Shown here: positions 28,743 to 38,078 of the stretch, piece by piece | Position numbering within the stretch: the first letter of the stretch is position 1 | Layout: every line of letters starts with the position of its first letter | Source: an uncultured Prevotella sp. | GTDB taxonomy: Bacteria; Bacteroidota; Bacteroidia; Bacteroidales; Bacteroidaceae | Direction of reading: 5' to 3' | Length of the DNA: 64,000 nt | Assembly: GCA_900314995.1 (NCBI GenBank) | Contig: OMXK01000003.1 | Coordinates: 44,868-108,867 of the forward strand | Notes under the pieces: generated by a model | Database searches by the model: none | Told to the model about the DNA's origin: nothing | What the model saw: only the letters and a program-made list of their open reading frames with translations | Program-made: the position numbers and the translations under genes

Positions 28743-29888
28743 TTACGTATTGTTAATTAATGATTCAAACAACGACACCCACTGAGGCATGATGATCCTA
28801 GGAGAGTATCGCAAGACATTTTTACGACCATTCTGTCCCATTTCTTTTCTCTTTTTTTCATCATCTATTAATAAACAAATCTTATCTGCCAATTCTTTAC
28901 TATTAAGATATCCAACCAGAAAGCCATCTTCACCATCTGTTATCACATTTCTAGGGCCATGAGGACAATCAAATGCTACACACGGAACTCCACATGCCAA
29001 TGCCTCCAACAACACCATTGGGAAACCCTCATAACGAGAACTCATCACATAGATAGAACTCTGTTTGTATGCTTCTATTATATGATCTGTTGGATTATTC
29101 AAGATGAAAGAATCTTCAAGATGATACTCAATTATTTTAAGACGAATAATATCTTCATATTCACCAGAGCCATATGCATTAATAACCCATTCTGGATGTG
29201 TTTCATGTACAATCTTCCACGCATCTAATAGGTATTTATATCCTTTGGCGTTATTAAATCGCCCGACAATGATTGCTTGTTTATTCTCACATGAACTAGG
29301 TTCTTCGGGATAAAATGGGAAGGAGTTTGGAATTACATAAGTTGGCACAATTTCTCCCCAATCACGTTTATGTTCCTGCGTCAAAAGAACCAATGCATCT
29401 AGTTTGCTAACTTGACGATCCATGTTCCATCGGAAGAACTTTGTCAAATATCTGAATAATAAATTCTTGTTTTCTAACAAATGAAAATTACGAATGAAGT
29501 GCTTTGTCGTATGAGCTTCTCCTATCTTTTTACTACCATCTTTAATTTTTGTGATAAAACTAATATCGCGGCCTAATGTAGAAATAACAATATCCGGACG
29601 ATCCTGTAATAGTAATGCTTCCATTTTCTTACGATACTGATGCATCAACTTACAATACATCCATATCCTTACGGGAAAAGAATGTCCATACTCTTTTGAA
29701 AAATCAATGGCTAAATCTATCCATCTTACTTTTGACGAAAGTGGAAATGCAGGTTCGCGGCCTAATTGGGTATCAGTAACAATTGTAATCTCATATCCAT
29801 GTTCCGCCAACCAGTTCGCCTTTTCAACAATTACACGATCAGCGCCACCTTTGGTTACTACTGCTGTATATATATATGTTATCTTCAT
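28743..29888 (-). CDS. Glycosyltransferase family 4, AmsD-like
   Basis: MKITYIY…GGADRVIVEKANWL, EGFPMVLLEALACGVPCVAFDCPHGP; ATG 29888. Confidence 0.9.
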   Translation of the reverse strand: MKITYIYTAVVTKGGADRVIVEKANWLAEHGYEITIVTDTQLGREPAFPLSSKVRWIDLAIDFSKEYGHSFPVRIWMYCKLMHQYRKKMEALLLQDRPDIVISTLGRDISFITKIKDGSKKIGEAHTTKHFIRNFHLLENKNLLFRYLTKFFRWNMDRQVSKLDALVLLTQEHKRDWGEIVPTYVIPNSFPFYPEEPSSCENKQAIIVGRFNNAKGYKYLLDAWKIVHETHPEWVINAYGSGEYEDIIRLKIIEYHLEDSFILNNPTDHIIEAYKQSSIYVMSSRYEGFPMVLLEALACGVPCVAFDCPHGPRNVITDGEDGFLVGYLNSKELADKICLLIDDEKKRKEMGQNGRKNVLRYSPRIIMPQWVSLFESLINNT

Positions 29889-29906
29889 ACAGTCACTTTT
29901 TTCATG

Positions 29907-29914
29907 CAAAAATA
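29907..29914 (-). promoter_or_regulatory. -7 element TATTTTTG
   Basis: CAAAAATA; divergent pair with 29978-29985. Confidence 0.6.
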
Positions 29915-29977
29915 CATATTAATTATTAAATCTAAAAGAAAAAACCAAAAATATTTGTTATTTTAAGAATAAAATTG

Positions 29978-29985
29978 TAATTTTG
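29978..29985 (+). promoter_or_regulatory. -7 element TAATTTTG
   Basis: 14 nt before ATG 30000. Confidence 0.6.
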
Positions 29986-29999
29986 CTAAAAAAAGGAAG

Positions 30000-31145
30000 A
30001 TGCATATTATATATATATTGAAATCCTTTGCGCAGATAGCAGGGACAGAAAGAGTTATGGCGGACAAAATCAATTATCTTGCCAATCATGGTTTCAGCGT
30101 TTCCCTTATTACATATGAACAAGGAGATCATTCACTCGCATTCCCGTTAAACAAATCAGTAGTTCATATAGATTTAAATACGAGGTTCTTCACTTTATCC
30201 AAGTTACCAATATATTCACGATTAATTCACTTCATCATTTTAAAACATACATTTCGCAAAAAACTCCAAACTTTTATTGAAAAAGATAATCCTGATATTA
30301 TAATTACAACAACATACTCTCTAAAAATAGCAAAAGACATTTTAAAAGTAAAAAAGAATGCAAAAGTAATCATAGAATCGCATGTAAGTCACGATTCGGT
30401 AATAAGACATTATGATTATAAAAAAGGATCTATATTACGCTATCTTGCTATGTTATATGATTACAACAATATAAGATACATAAAGCAGTTTGATTACTTG
30501 GTTGCACTAACAAAAAAAGATGCGAGCCAATGGAGAAAGCATCTTACCAATGTTATTGTAATTTCAAATCCTGTTACAAGATATCCAGATATTTTAACAA
30601 AGAATAAGAAAACCAAGTTCCGCATTATTGCTGTAGGAAGGCTTAATCACCAAAAGGGATTTGACAAGCTTATTGATGCTTTTTCATTAATAAGCGAAAA
30701 ATATCCATTATGGCATATTGATATTTTTGGGCAAGGAGAACTATATGAAGTTCTTTGCTCTCAAATTGAAAAATATAGCTTAAAAGACAGAATTATAATA
30801 CGACAGCCTACTCCCAATATTTATGAAGAATATCTTAATAGTGATTTTTATGTTTTAAGTTCTAATTTTGAAGGATTTGGTTTAGTTATCATAGAGGCAA
30901 TGGCTTGCGGCTTACCAGTTGTCTCATTCGACTGTCCATATGGTCCGGACGAAATAATAACAAACAACAAGGATGGGATTTTGGTTCCCAAACAGAATAT
31001 AGTTCTTTTAGCTCATAGTATGGAAAGGTTAATAGAAAACGAAAATGAAAGAAATATAATGGCAACAGAAGCAAGGTTGACAGCAAAAAAATACATTATA
31101 GAAAACATTATGCAGCAATGGGAAAGGCTATTTTTTAATATGTAA
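30000..31145 (+). CDS. Glycosyltransferase family 4, AmsD-like
   Basis: AGTERVMADKINYL, GRLNHQKGFD, EGFGLVIIEAMACGLPVVSFDCPYGP. Confidence 0.9.
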   Translation: MHIIYILKSFAQIAGTERVMADKINYLANHGFSVSLITYEQGDHSLAFPLNKSVVHIDLNTRFFTLSKLPIYSRLIHFIILKHTFRKKLQTFIEKDNPDIIITTTYSLKIAKDILKVKKNAKVIIESHVSHDSVIRHYDYKKGSILRYLAMLYDYNNIRYIKQFDYLVALTKKDASQWRKHLTNVIVISNPVTRYPDILTKNKKTKFRIIAVGRLNHQKGFDKLIDAFSLISEKYPLWHIDIFGQGELYEVLCSQIEKYSLKDRIIIRQPTPNIYEEYLNSDFYVLSSNFEGFGLVIIEAMACGLPVVSFDCPYGPDEIITNNKDGILVPKQNIVLLAHSMERLIENENERNIMATEARLTAKKYIIENIMQQWERLFFNM

Positions 31146-31284
31146 ATGTTATCACTAGGATACGCACATTTTATGAAATAAATATATCCTATCCGAATTG
31201 CAGACAATTCATCTTATCTACCATCGACTCACTCTATTCTTCTATCTTGCCAAAATCTTATATACATATTAGATATTCATAATT

Positions 31285-32133
31285 TCACTTTTTCACTATA
31301 TTATCTTCTTTATCTATATAATGATCTGTTTTATGGAAGATTCTCGCAATGCCTTTTAACTGAGTTCTGATATTTTCAAAAAAAATCACATACATCGGTT
31401 TATTGCCAATAGTACCATAACCAGTGACAGCACGACAACGACGGTCACGGACAAAGACGATTTTTCCGTACTTTTTGAGATTAAAGGCCATTGAGCCGTC
31501 TTCTCCACGGATGATATCGACACGATATGGTTCCTTACGGCCATAGTCGGCATTATAAGCAAAGACTAGTCCACGTACACTCAATTCCGGACGCTTAAAG
31601 TGCTGAATCCACAAGAAGAGATCACGTGTCATCTCATAGATTTTTAATCCCAACTTGGAATGATTCTCATCAGGGAAATAGCCCCAAGTTGCAGAAGCGC
31701 AGACTACTCCTGGTTTTGTCAGATGATCAAGCATTATCTCAAAATATTGAGGAGGATAAATCGTATCGCTATCCACATCAAAGTAATATTTACCTTTAGC
31801 ATGTTGCAAACCACAACGACGGGCATAACCACAAGAATGCTGGTACTCTGAGAAATAGGGGATCCCTGATTTCTCATAGATTTCCGCAGTACGGTCCTTT
31901 GAATCATTATCTACACCAATGATCTCTACTGGATATTTACACTGTATTTCGCTCAATGCCCATAGACAGGCCTGCAGATGAGTTTCCTCATTATAGCCAA
32001 TTACTACGATAGAAGCAAGAGGCTCTGGACTTTGCAAACGTGCCAGTCGCTCGCGCGTTCCATCAATTATCTCTTGAGGCACCTCACTAAATGGTTTGCC
32101 ATAAACAGAAATATATTTATCATACCAAGCCAT
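31285..32133 (-). CDS. Glycosyltransferase family 2
   Basis: SIVVIGYNEE, VDNDSKD, DVDSD, GEDG. Confidence 0.88.
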   Translation of the reverse strand: MAWYDKYISVYGKPFSEVPQEIIDGTRERLARLQSPEPLASIVVIGYNEETHLQACLWALSEIQCKYPVEIIGVDNDSKDRTAEIYEKSGIPYFSEYQHSCGYARRCGLQHAKGKYYFDVDSDTIYPPQYFEIMLDHLTKPGVVCASATWGYFPDENHSKLGLKIYEMTRDLFLWIQHFKRPELSVRGLVFAYNADYGRKEPYRVDIIRGEDGSMAFNLKKYGKIVFVRDRRCRAVTGYGTIGNKPMYVIFFENIRTQLKGIARIFHKTDHYIDKEDNIVKK

Positions 32134-32135
32134 CC

Positions 32136-33161
32136 CTATACTAGACTTTTAAATTTCGCAATACACTTAATCAGAAACATACTATAAGAAGAGGGGAGTT
32201 CGCCCAAAGTCCAAAGCAAAAGATTACGGATTTTATAATTCTTAAATCTAATAATATCCACGAATGATGCAGGATGTTTCAAATAGCTATGCATCTCCTT
32301 ATCAGAAATAGGAGGATCTATATATTTACGTTTCTTAATTACATTACAGATAATGTAGAAATCTGACATCAATGCGATATAACACCTATTAGGATAATAA
32401 GATTTTGTCTCAATAGATTTGTTACCGCATTTCAATTGATCAACAGCCCCAAAATACTGCACTATCTTTTCTTTCTCAATCTTATCCTGATGCCAGGAAT
32501 TAGACAAAGAGTTTTCTCTGCATAAATAGGTATAGGTAATGTCTGGAAGCAAAACTGCACGATCAACCATGGTTACCAGATTGAGGGTAAAAGCCATATC
32601 TTCCCAAAAATCAGCTTTAAAGAAGCTTAGATTATTCTTTCGGATCAATGATAGTTTAACTAAATAATTACAGGCAGAGGCCTGAAAACCGGCATAACGC
32701 TGATATGCAAACTCTGCAAAAGAATCTGCATCTTCGAAAAACATTTTCGGGTATTGAAAAAGAGACCGTTCTCCGGATAATTCTATCCTCTCATAAGAGC
32801 CAAAGGCCACATCGGCTTGGTGCATTCCTATCTCATGCATTAAGAGAAAAATCGTATCTTTATCTATCACATCGTCAGAATCCATGAAATAGAGATAATC
32901 GCCTGTCGCATTATCAATTATCTCATTACGTGATTCAGATACACCTAGATTGGTACTATGAGTAAGAATGCGCATAGCACCTCCGCGAGGATGAGTTTGA
33001 CGGATGGATTCCAATATATTTAGAGACTGATCGTCGCTAGCATCATTTACTACTAGAAACTCTATGTCCGAGTAGGTCTGTGACAAGGCTGACTCTATCG
33101 TTCGTCTGATAAAGTTCTCAACCCTGAATACAGGAATTCCTATCGTTACTTTATATTGCAT
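32136..33161 (-). CDS. Glycosyltransferase family 2
   Basis: TIGIPVF, VNDASDD, NLGVSESRN, FMDSDD, WED. Confidence 0.9.
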   Translation of the reverse strand: MQYKVTIGIPVFRVENFIRRTIESALSQTYSDIEFLVVNDASDDQSLNILESIRQTHPRGGAMRILTHSTNLGVSESRNEIIDNATGDYLYFMDSDDVIDKDTIFLLMHEIGMHQADVAFGSYERIELSGERSLFQYPKMFFEDADSFAEFAYQRYAGFQASACNYLVKLSLIRKNNLSFFKADFWEDMAFTLNLVTMVDRAVLLPDITYTYLCRENSLSNSWHQDKIEKEKIVQYFGAVDQLKCGNKSIETKSYYPNRCYIALMSDFYIICNVIKKRKYIDPPISDKEMHSYLKHPASFVDIIRFKNYKIRNLLLWTLGELPSSYSMFLIKCIAKFKSLV

Positions 33162-33168
33162 CGTTACG

Positions 33169-34122
33169 TTATCTTTTATTTAGCCTCAACTTCTTCGCTA
33201 AAGCGACATAAAGCTGATACCATGTCCATTTATTGATTTTATAATCGGTTGCATAGATATATTTGCCTTTGAATTGAGCTATGTTCAATTGGTGTCCTCC
33301 ATCTACAAATATGCTATTGCGAGGGAAAATATTATGCATAAACACTATTTCCTCATAATGATTCTCATCCATTTGGGTAATTTCCATTAAGGAAATATTA
33401 TCACCATAGGATTTATGACAATCTTGCGTCACTCGTAATAGCTTACCCTTATATTCTATTAAAGAACCACCATTTCTTCCGAATTCATTACTTACACAGA
33501 TTGGAGATTGAGGATGCTTAATGAATTTACCATCCAACAAATCATCTGTCATATAAAGTTCTTGGTAATACATCCAATCTTTTTGATAGGATGTAAACAA
33601 GAAATACTTGCCGTCTTTATAATAGACATGGCTATCATTGAAACAGAAATTAATCTGCTCATCACGTTCTTGCTTTAGAAGAATACGAACGAATCTAAAA
33701 TCAGTCAGGTCAGCATTTGCCTGATAAAGGCGAATGGTATCACTTTCTTGTGATTCCGGAATCATGTAGATTTTACCATGATCCTCAAACACATAAGGAA
33801 AAGAGAGATGGAATGGTTCCGACAAAACTACCACTGGTTTCGACCAAGTTTGGAGATCCTTTGTTTTCGTCATCTCAATGCGTCCTGGATCATCCCAATG
33901 CTGGGACTCGTAAAACAGAAAGAGTTCATCATCTTTTACAAACAAAAATGAATCGGCCTGGAATCGCAAAGGTTTGGGCTTCCATAGACCTTTTAATGGA
34001 TATTTTAGAATAAGATGCTGCTCATTAAACACGTCTAAAGACAAATCATCACTGGCAAAGAGTGCAACTGTAAAAGTTACATCTTTTCTGAATAATGTAT
34101 GAAATATCTTATCTATTATCAT
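33169..34122 (-). CDS. Putative five-bladed beta-propeller protein (GINT1 N-terminal-like / GH43-clan-like)
   Basis: FQADSFLF…LFLFYE, EPFHLSFPYVF…YMIPES, RNGG, QDC…YG, GGHQ pattern recalled for this family. Confidence 0.6.
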   Translation of the reverse strand: MIIDKIFHTLFRKDVTFTVALFASDDLSLDVFNEQHLILKYPLKGLWKPKPLRFQADSFLFVKDDELFLFYESQHWDDPGRIEMTKTKDLQTWSKPVVVLSEPFHLSFPYVFEDHGKIYMIPESQESDTIRLYQANADLTDFRFVRILLKQERDEQINFCFNDSHVYYKDGKYFLFTSYQKDWMYYQELYMTDDLLDGKFIKHPQSPICVSNEFGRNGGSLIEYKGKLLRVTQDCHKSYGDNISLMEITQMDENHYEEIVFMHNIFPRNSIFVDGGHQLNIAQFKGKYIYATDYKINKWTWYQLYVALAKKLRLNKR

Positions 34123-35273
34123 AATACAATACTTTCAAATAAACTATGCCAGTGTTGACAGACAGAATCCAACTTGTAACGTTGAACATTCTTAACTGCT
34201 GCTTTTGCCATTTGCTGTCGCAAATTCACATCGCACATCATTTTGCCCATTGCTTTAGCTAATGAACCAATACTACCAGAAGGAACAAGCAGACCATCTT
34301 CATTATGACGGACAATATCTTTGGGGCCACATGGACAATCATATGATATAACTGGCAAACCACATGCCATAGCTTCAATCAATACCATTCCAAAACCTTC
34401 GAAGCGAGAACTGAAGACGAACAAAGAGCTGTTCAGATATTCTGCCTTTATATCGGAAGTGCTACCATTCAGATGACAACGAGTCCTATCGATTTGCAAT
34501 TCTTCGATAATTTGTTCATAAGGTGTACGGTCTCCCATGCCGTAGATCGCCAGTTCCCAGTCTGGATGCTGTTGTTCTATCTTCTTCCATGCCTGGAGCA
34601 AGAGGTCGAAACCTTTCTGATAGACATAACGCCCCACGGCAATGACACGCTTATTTGTTAATGGGCTTACCTGATCGATATCAAAAGCCAAAGGATCTGG
34701 AATTACCTCGACATTCGACAGTTCTGTCCATGAAGCCTTATCTTCCTCTGTCAGCACCACAAAACGATCGAGACGTTTCAGATGGGATACCAAATTATGC
34801 ATCCAATATCTGGCAAAGAGCCGCTTAATCAAGTTGGTATCGCCAGCCTCGAAATTACGATAGTTGGCACGGTTGACATGGAGTTCGCCGATTTTGCGAC
34901 TGCCATCCTGGATATCATTGATGAAATTGATTTCTCGACGAAGAAGACTAACCGTGATATCAGGTTTGAGACGCATCAGTTCTTCCGTCAGACGCTTCTT
35001 AAAAATACGTTGTTTCTGCAGATAAACAAAGATTTTCTTGACAAAGGAACAGGCCCAAAGTGCCTCAAAATTAACATCGAGATTAATCACCTTGATTATA
35101 TCAGACAGGGGATAGAACAATGGTTTCTCCTTGCCTTCTGTCAGGATGATCGTTATGTCATAGCCCAGCACATCGGCCATGTAATTGGCTTTCAGAGTCA
35201 AGACACGTTCTACACCTCCAGACATGTACAGGGCAGGAGTGCAATAGACAATCTTGAGGGGGCTATTTGACAT
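34119..35273 (-). CDS. Glycosyltransferase family 4, AmsD-like
   Basis: GGVERVLTLKANYM, GRYVYQKGFD, EGFGMVLIEAMACGLPVISYDCPCGP. Confidence 0.9.
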   Translation of the reverse strand: MSNSPLKIVYCTPALYMSGGVERVLTLKANYMADVLGYDITIILTEGKEKPLFYPLSDIIKVINLDVNFEALWACSFVKKIFVYLQKQRIFKKRLTEELMRLKPDITVSLLRREINFINDIQDGSRKIGELHVNRANYRNFEAGDTNLIKRLFARYWMHNLVSHLKRLDRFVVLTEEDKASWTELSNVEVIPDPLAFDIDQVSPLTNKRVIAVGRYVYQKGFDLLLQAWKKIEQQHPDWELAIYGMGDRTPYEQIIEELQIDRTRCHLNGSTSDIKAEYLNSSLFVFSSRFEGFGMVLIEAMACGLPVISYDCPCGPKDIVRHNEDGLLVPSGSIGSLAKAMGKMMCDVNLRQQMAKAAVKNVQRYKLDSVCQHWHSLFESIVL

Positions 35274-35292
35274 AATTTCTCGATATTTTCTG

Positions 35293-35300
35293 CAAATGTA
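35293..35300 (-). promoter_or_regulatory. -7 element TACATTTG
   Basis: CAAATGTA; divergent pair with 35334-35341. Confidence 0.55.
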
Positions 35301-35333
35301 CGCATAAAATTTGATTATTCCAAATTATATCCG

Positions 35334-35341
35334 TATTTTTG
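35334..35341 (+). promoter_or_regulatory. -7 element TATTTTTG
   Basis: Upstream of ATG 35360. Confidence 0.55.
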
Positions 35342-35359
35342 CATCCATAAAGTGAAGAA

Positions 35360-36262
35360 ATGATAAAAGTCAGTGTTATATTACCCATTTACAATGTAGG
35401 GCCTTATCTAGATGATGCCTTCAAATCTCTTATAAACCAAACTCTACAAGATATAGAGATCATTGCTGTCAACGATGGGGCTACGGACAATAGTCAGGAA
35501 TACATTGACAAATATAAAACCATAGATTCTAGGATAAAATGCATTAAGCAAAATAACCAAGGACTTTCTGGTGCTAGAAATACTGGAATGAAATATATTC
35601 AAGGAGAATATGTTTATTTCATGGATTCTGATGATATTCTAGAATTAAATGCATTAGAAATATGTTATACAAATGCTAAGAATAATGAAGCTGATGTTTG
35701 CTTATTTGACGCTGATATTTTTTACGAGAAGAATGCATCAACTATACCATGGGACTATGATCGTTCATCTGCATTAAAGGAAGGAAACAAATATAACGGA
35801 GAAGAATTATTTAATTATCTTATTGATATTCAACTACACAAAGCTGTCGTATGGCTTCAATTCATCAAATGGGATTATCTTAAAAAGATTCATCTCAATT
35901 TCTATCAAGGGATCATACATGAAGATGAACATTTTACACCACAATTATTGTTACAGACAAACAATATCTATTATATAAATAAGAAGTTTATCAAACATAG
36001 AGTCAGATCTAGCTCCATCCAAGGCAAAAGCTATTCCAAACGTAATATTAACTGTTATCTGACGGTGATAGATGAACTGCTGAAATGGCGTGATACGCCT
36101 ATCATCCATAAATTTGCGAAATATACCTTAAGCAAGGTATTTTACACAGGCCATCAGATACCATTCAAAGAGAAACCCGCCGTATTCTGGCGGGCATTAA
36201 AGTCAGGGTATCTGAAATACATTGGATTGAAATCTGCAATAGTGTTCTGGTTTAAGAAATAA
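35360..36262 (+). CDS. Glycosyltransferase family 2
   Basis: SVILPIYNV, VNDGATD, NQGLSGARN, FMDSDD, HEDE. Confidence 0.92.
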   Translation: MIKVSVILPIYNVGPYLDDAFKSLINQTLQDIEIIAVNDGATDNSQEYIDKYKTIDSRIKCIKQNNQGLSGARNTGMKYIQGEYVYFMDSDDILELNALEICYTNAKNNEADVCLFDADIFYEKNASTIPWDYDRSSALKEGNKYNGEELFNYLIDIQLHKAVVWLQFIKWDYLKKIHLNFYQGIIHEDEHFTPQLLLQTNNIYYINKKFIKHRVRSSSIQGKSYSKRNINCYLTVIDELLKWRDTPIIHKFAKYTLSKVFYTGHQIPFKEKPAVFWRALKSGYLKYIGLKSAIVFWFKK

Positions 36263-36267
36263 AATCT

Positions 36268-37407
36268 TTAGGCTTCTTCAACCACGTGCCGCATCTGAAT
36301 CTTCCAACTCAGATTCTCTACGGTCTTGCGGATTTCTGCAGGTTCAAAGGTATGAGACTCAATGAAGTCCACCATCTGCTGAACATCAATCGGAGACTCG
36401 TCGGGAAGTGCCTTTATGATGTATGGTTTGTCTTCGAAATCACTATCAATTTCGGAATAGATAAAGGGGATACCACGAGTAGCATACTCGCGATTCTTTA
36501 AGGTCTTGATGTGCGTAATACCACTACGATGACGAGCGAGGCTACCAATTGCGAAACAACTCTGATTAAACACATCATTTAGTTCATCGCCAAAAAGTTG
36601 GCCATGAAACACAACATGGTCTTTTAACCCATACTGATCGATTAAAGTTTGGATACCCGGATAATCTCCCTGACCATAGAGGTCAAAAGGATCAATACCA
36701 CCAACTATGTGGAAGATGATATTTCTTGGAGAAGTGGCATTCTTGTAATACTCACCTAGACCCGCTATCAAACGGTCGTAGCCATGCCACAGATGAACTT
36801 CTGCAACAGCTATCAGATGAATCGCATCATCGACGGGCTGAAAATGGTGGAGGGGAATACTATCGAAATCTACGCCATTACTGATTCGGATGGTTCGTTG
36901 TCCAAATATTTCATCAGCATCAGAAAAAGTAACGATGGCTGACATCTGACGCGCTAAACCATGACGGAAGAGTTGATCAATCTTCAAGCCCAGACGTTCC
37001 TGCCGAGAGAAGGTGTCAAACTCCTGATCATAAGGATAGGTGGGAATCTCCGTGACTGACTTAATGCCTAACAGGCGAAGTCGCTTAAACAAACGAATCA
37101 GAAACGGATTGGCATTTTGGAAACAACGGGCATAGACAAACTGAATACCATTGAGTTTGCAATAATCGTAAATACAGCCGTAGTCTATACGCTGACGAAG
37201 GCCTGCCATAAACCCTGTACCATAGTCTTGAATGACCTGGTCATCGACATAGCGGCAGCGATGACCTTGGGCATCAAAATCATAATAACAAAGGTGGACT
37301 TCATATCCATTTTCACGAAGGCCTTTCACCTGATAATGGATCTTTTTGCTGATGCCACTCACTTCAGAAAATCCGTGATAGACGAGGAACAATATCTTCA
37401 TTTTCAT
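36268..37407 (-). CDS. Glycosyltransferase (GT-B, GT4-like)
   Basis: GISKKI, ISNGVD, WHGYDRLI, LKNREY..RGIPF. Confidence 0.8.
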   Translation of the reverse strand: MKMKILFLVYHGFSEVSGISKKIHYQVKGLRENGYEVHLCYYDFDAQGHRCRYVDDQVIQDYGTGFMAGLRQRIDYGCIYDYCKLNGIQFVYARCFQNANPFLIRLFKRLRLLGIKSVTEIPTYPYDQEFDTFSRQERLGLKIDQLFRHGLARQMSAIVTFSDADEIFGQRTIRISNGVDFDSIPLHHFQPVDDAIHLIAVAEVHLWHGYDRLIAGLGEYYKNATSPRNIIFHIVGGIDPFDLYGQGDYPGIQTLIDQYGLKDHVVFHGQLFGDELNDVFNQSCFAIGSLARHRSGITHIKTLKNREYATRGIPFIYSEIDSDFEDKPYIIKALPDESPIDVQQMVDFIESHTFEPAEIRKTVENLSWKIQMRHVVEEA

Positions 37408-37417
37408 TATTTTGCTG

Positions 37418-37425
37418 CAAAAGTA
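37418..37425 (-). promoter_or_regulatory. -7 element TACTTTTG
   Basis: CAAAAGTA; divergent pair with 37458-37465. Confidence 0.6.
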
Positions 37426-37457
37426 GGTAAAAATTTGGAATTAAACAAAATAATTTG

Positions 37458-37465
37458 TATTTTTG
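37458..37465 (+). promoter_or_regulatory. -7 element TATTTTTG
   Basis: Upstream of ATG 37488. Confidence 0.55.
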
Positions 37466-37487
37466 TCGTCGTAAATGAAGTCATGAC

Positions 37488-38078
37488 ATGAATAACGAGG
37501 CTATCAGAGGACAATTCAAGGGCAATCCCAGGTTGAAGAAATTTGTGGACTGGATGATTATGAACCAAGTGCAGACAAGGCCACGATGGTTCATCAGGAT
37601 GCTAGCTCCGCTCTATCAGCATAGGGGGAAGCATTCAGTGGTTCATCGTTCGGCCAGAATGGATACCCCACCCTATCGTAAGTTCTCGCTAGGTAATTAC
37701 TCGGTCATAGAATCTTTTGCCTGCATCAACAATGCTGTGGGCGATATTATCATTGGTGACCATACCAGGATAGGCCTGCACAACACAATTATTGGGCCTG
37801 TGACTATTGGCAGTCACGTAAACCTGGCACAGGGCATTACGGTCACAGCACTTAATCATAATTTTGAAGATTCTGATAAACGAATTGACGAACAAGGCGT
37901 CAGTACGACTCCTGTCATCATAGAAGACGACATCTGGATTGGTGCTAATGCAGTGATTCTGCCCGGTGTCACTATTGGAAATCACTCAGTAGTTGCCGCT
38001 GGAGCCGTTGTAACAAAAAATGTTCCACCCCACTCGCTCGTTGCAGGCGTGCCGGCTAAAATTATCAAACAGATATGA
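37488..38078 (+). CDS. Hexapeptide-repeat O-acetyltransferase
   Basis: [50 protein letters not shown]. Confidence 0.9.
   Translation: MNNEAIRGQFKGNPRLKKFVDWMIMNQVQTRPRWFIRMLAPLYQHRGKHSVVHRSARMDTPPYRKFSLGNYSVIESFACINNAVGDIIIGDHTRIGLHNTIIGPVTIGSHVNLAQGITVTALNHNFEDSDKRIDEQGVSTTPVIIEDDIWIGANAVILPGVTIGNHSVVAAGAVVTKNVPPHSLVAGVPAKIIKQI

Noticed and set aside
29867-30018. (TA)5 runs at the 5' ends of two divergent GT4 genes, forming an imperfect inverted repeat around a divergent promoter (possible invertible switch or SSR)
   Set aside because: Explained by the conserved I/Y-I-Y beta-strand in AT-rich codons; arms are poorly matched and no recombinase is in the window
31146-31284. 139-nt gap between convergent GT genes as sRNA or pseudogene
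   Set aside because: Only a weak long-loop repeat (taggata/tatccta) and very short ORFs; no supportable call
15252-37407. Shufflon/invertase-driven explanation for the alternating gene orientation
   Set aside because: No shared long inverted repeats or recognisable Mpi/Tsr-type sites were found by eye at gene boundaries, and there is no recombinase gene; a computational IR search would be needed to exclude it fully
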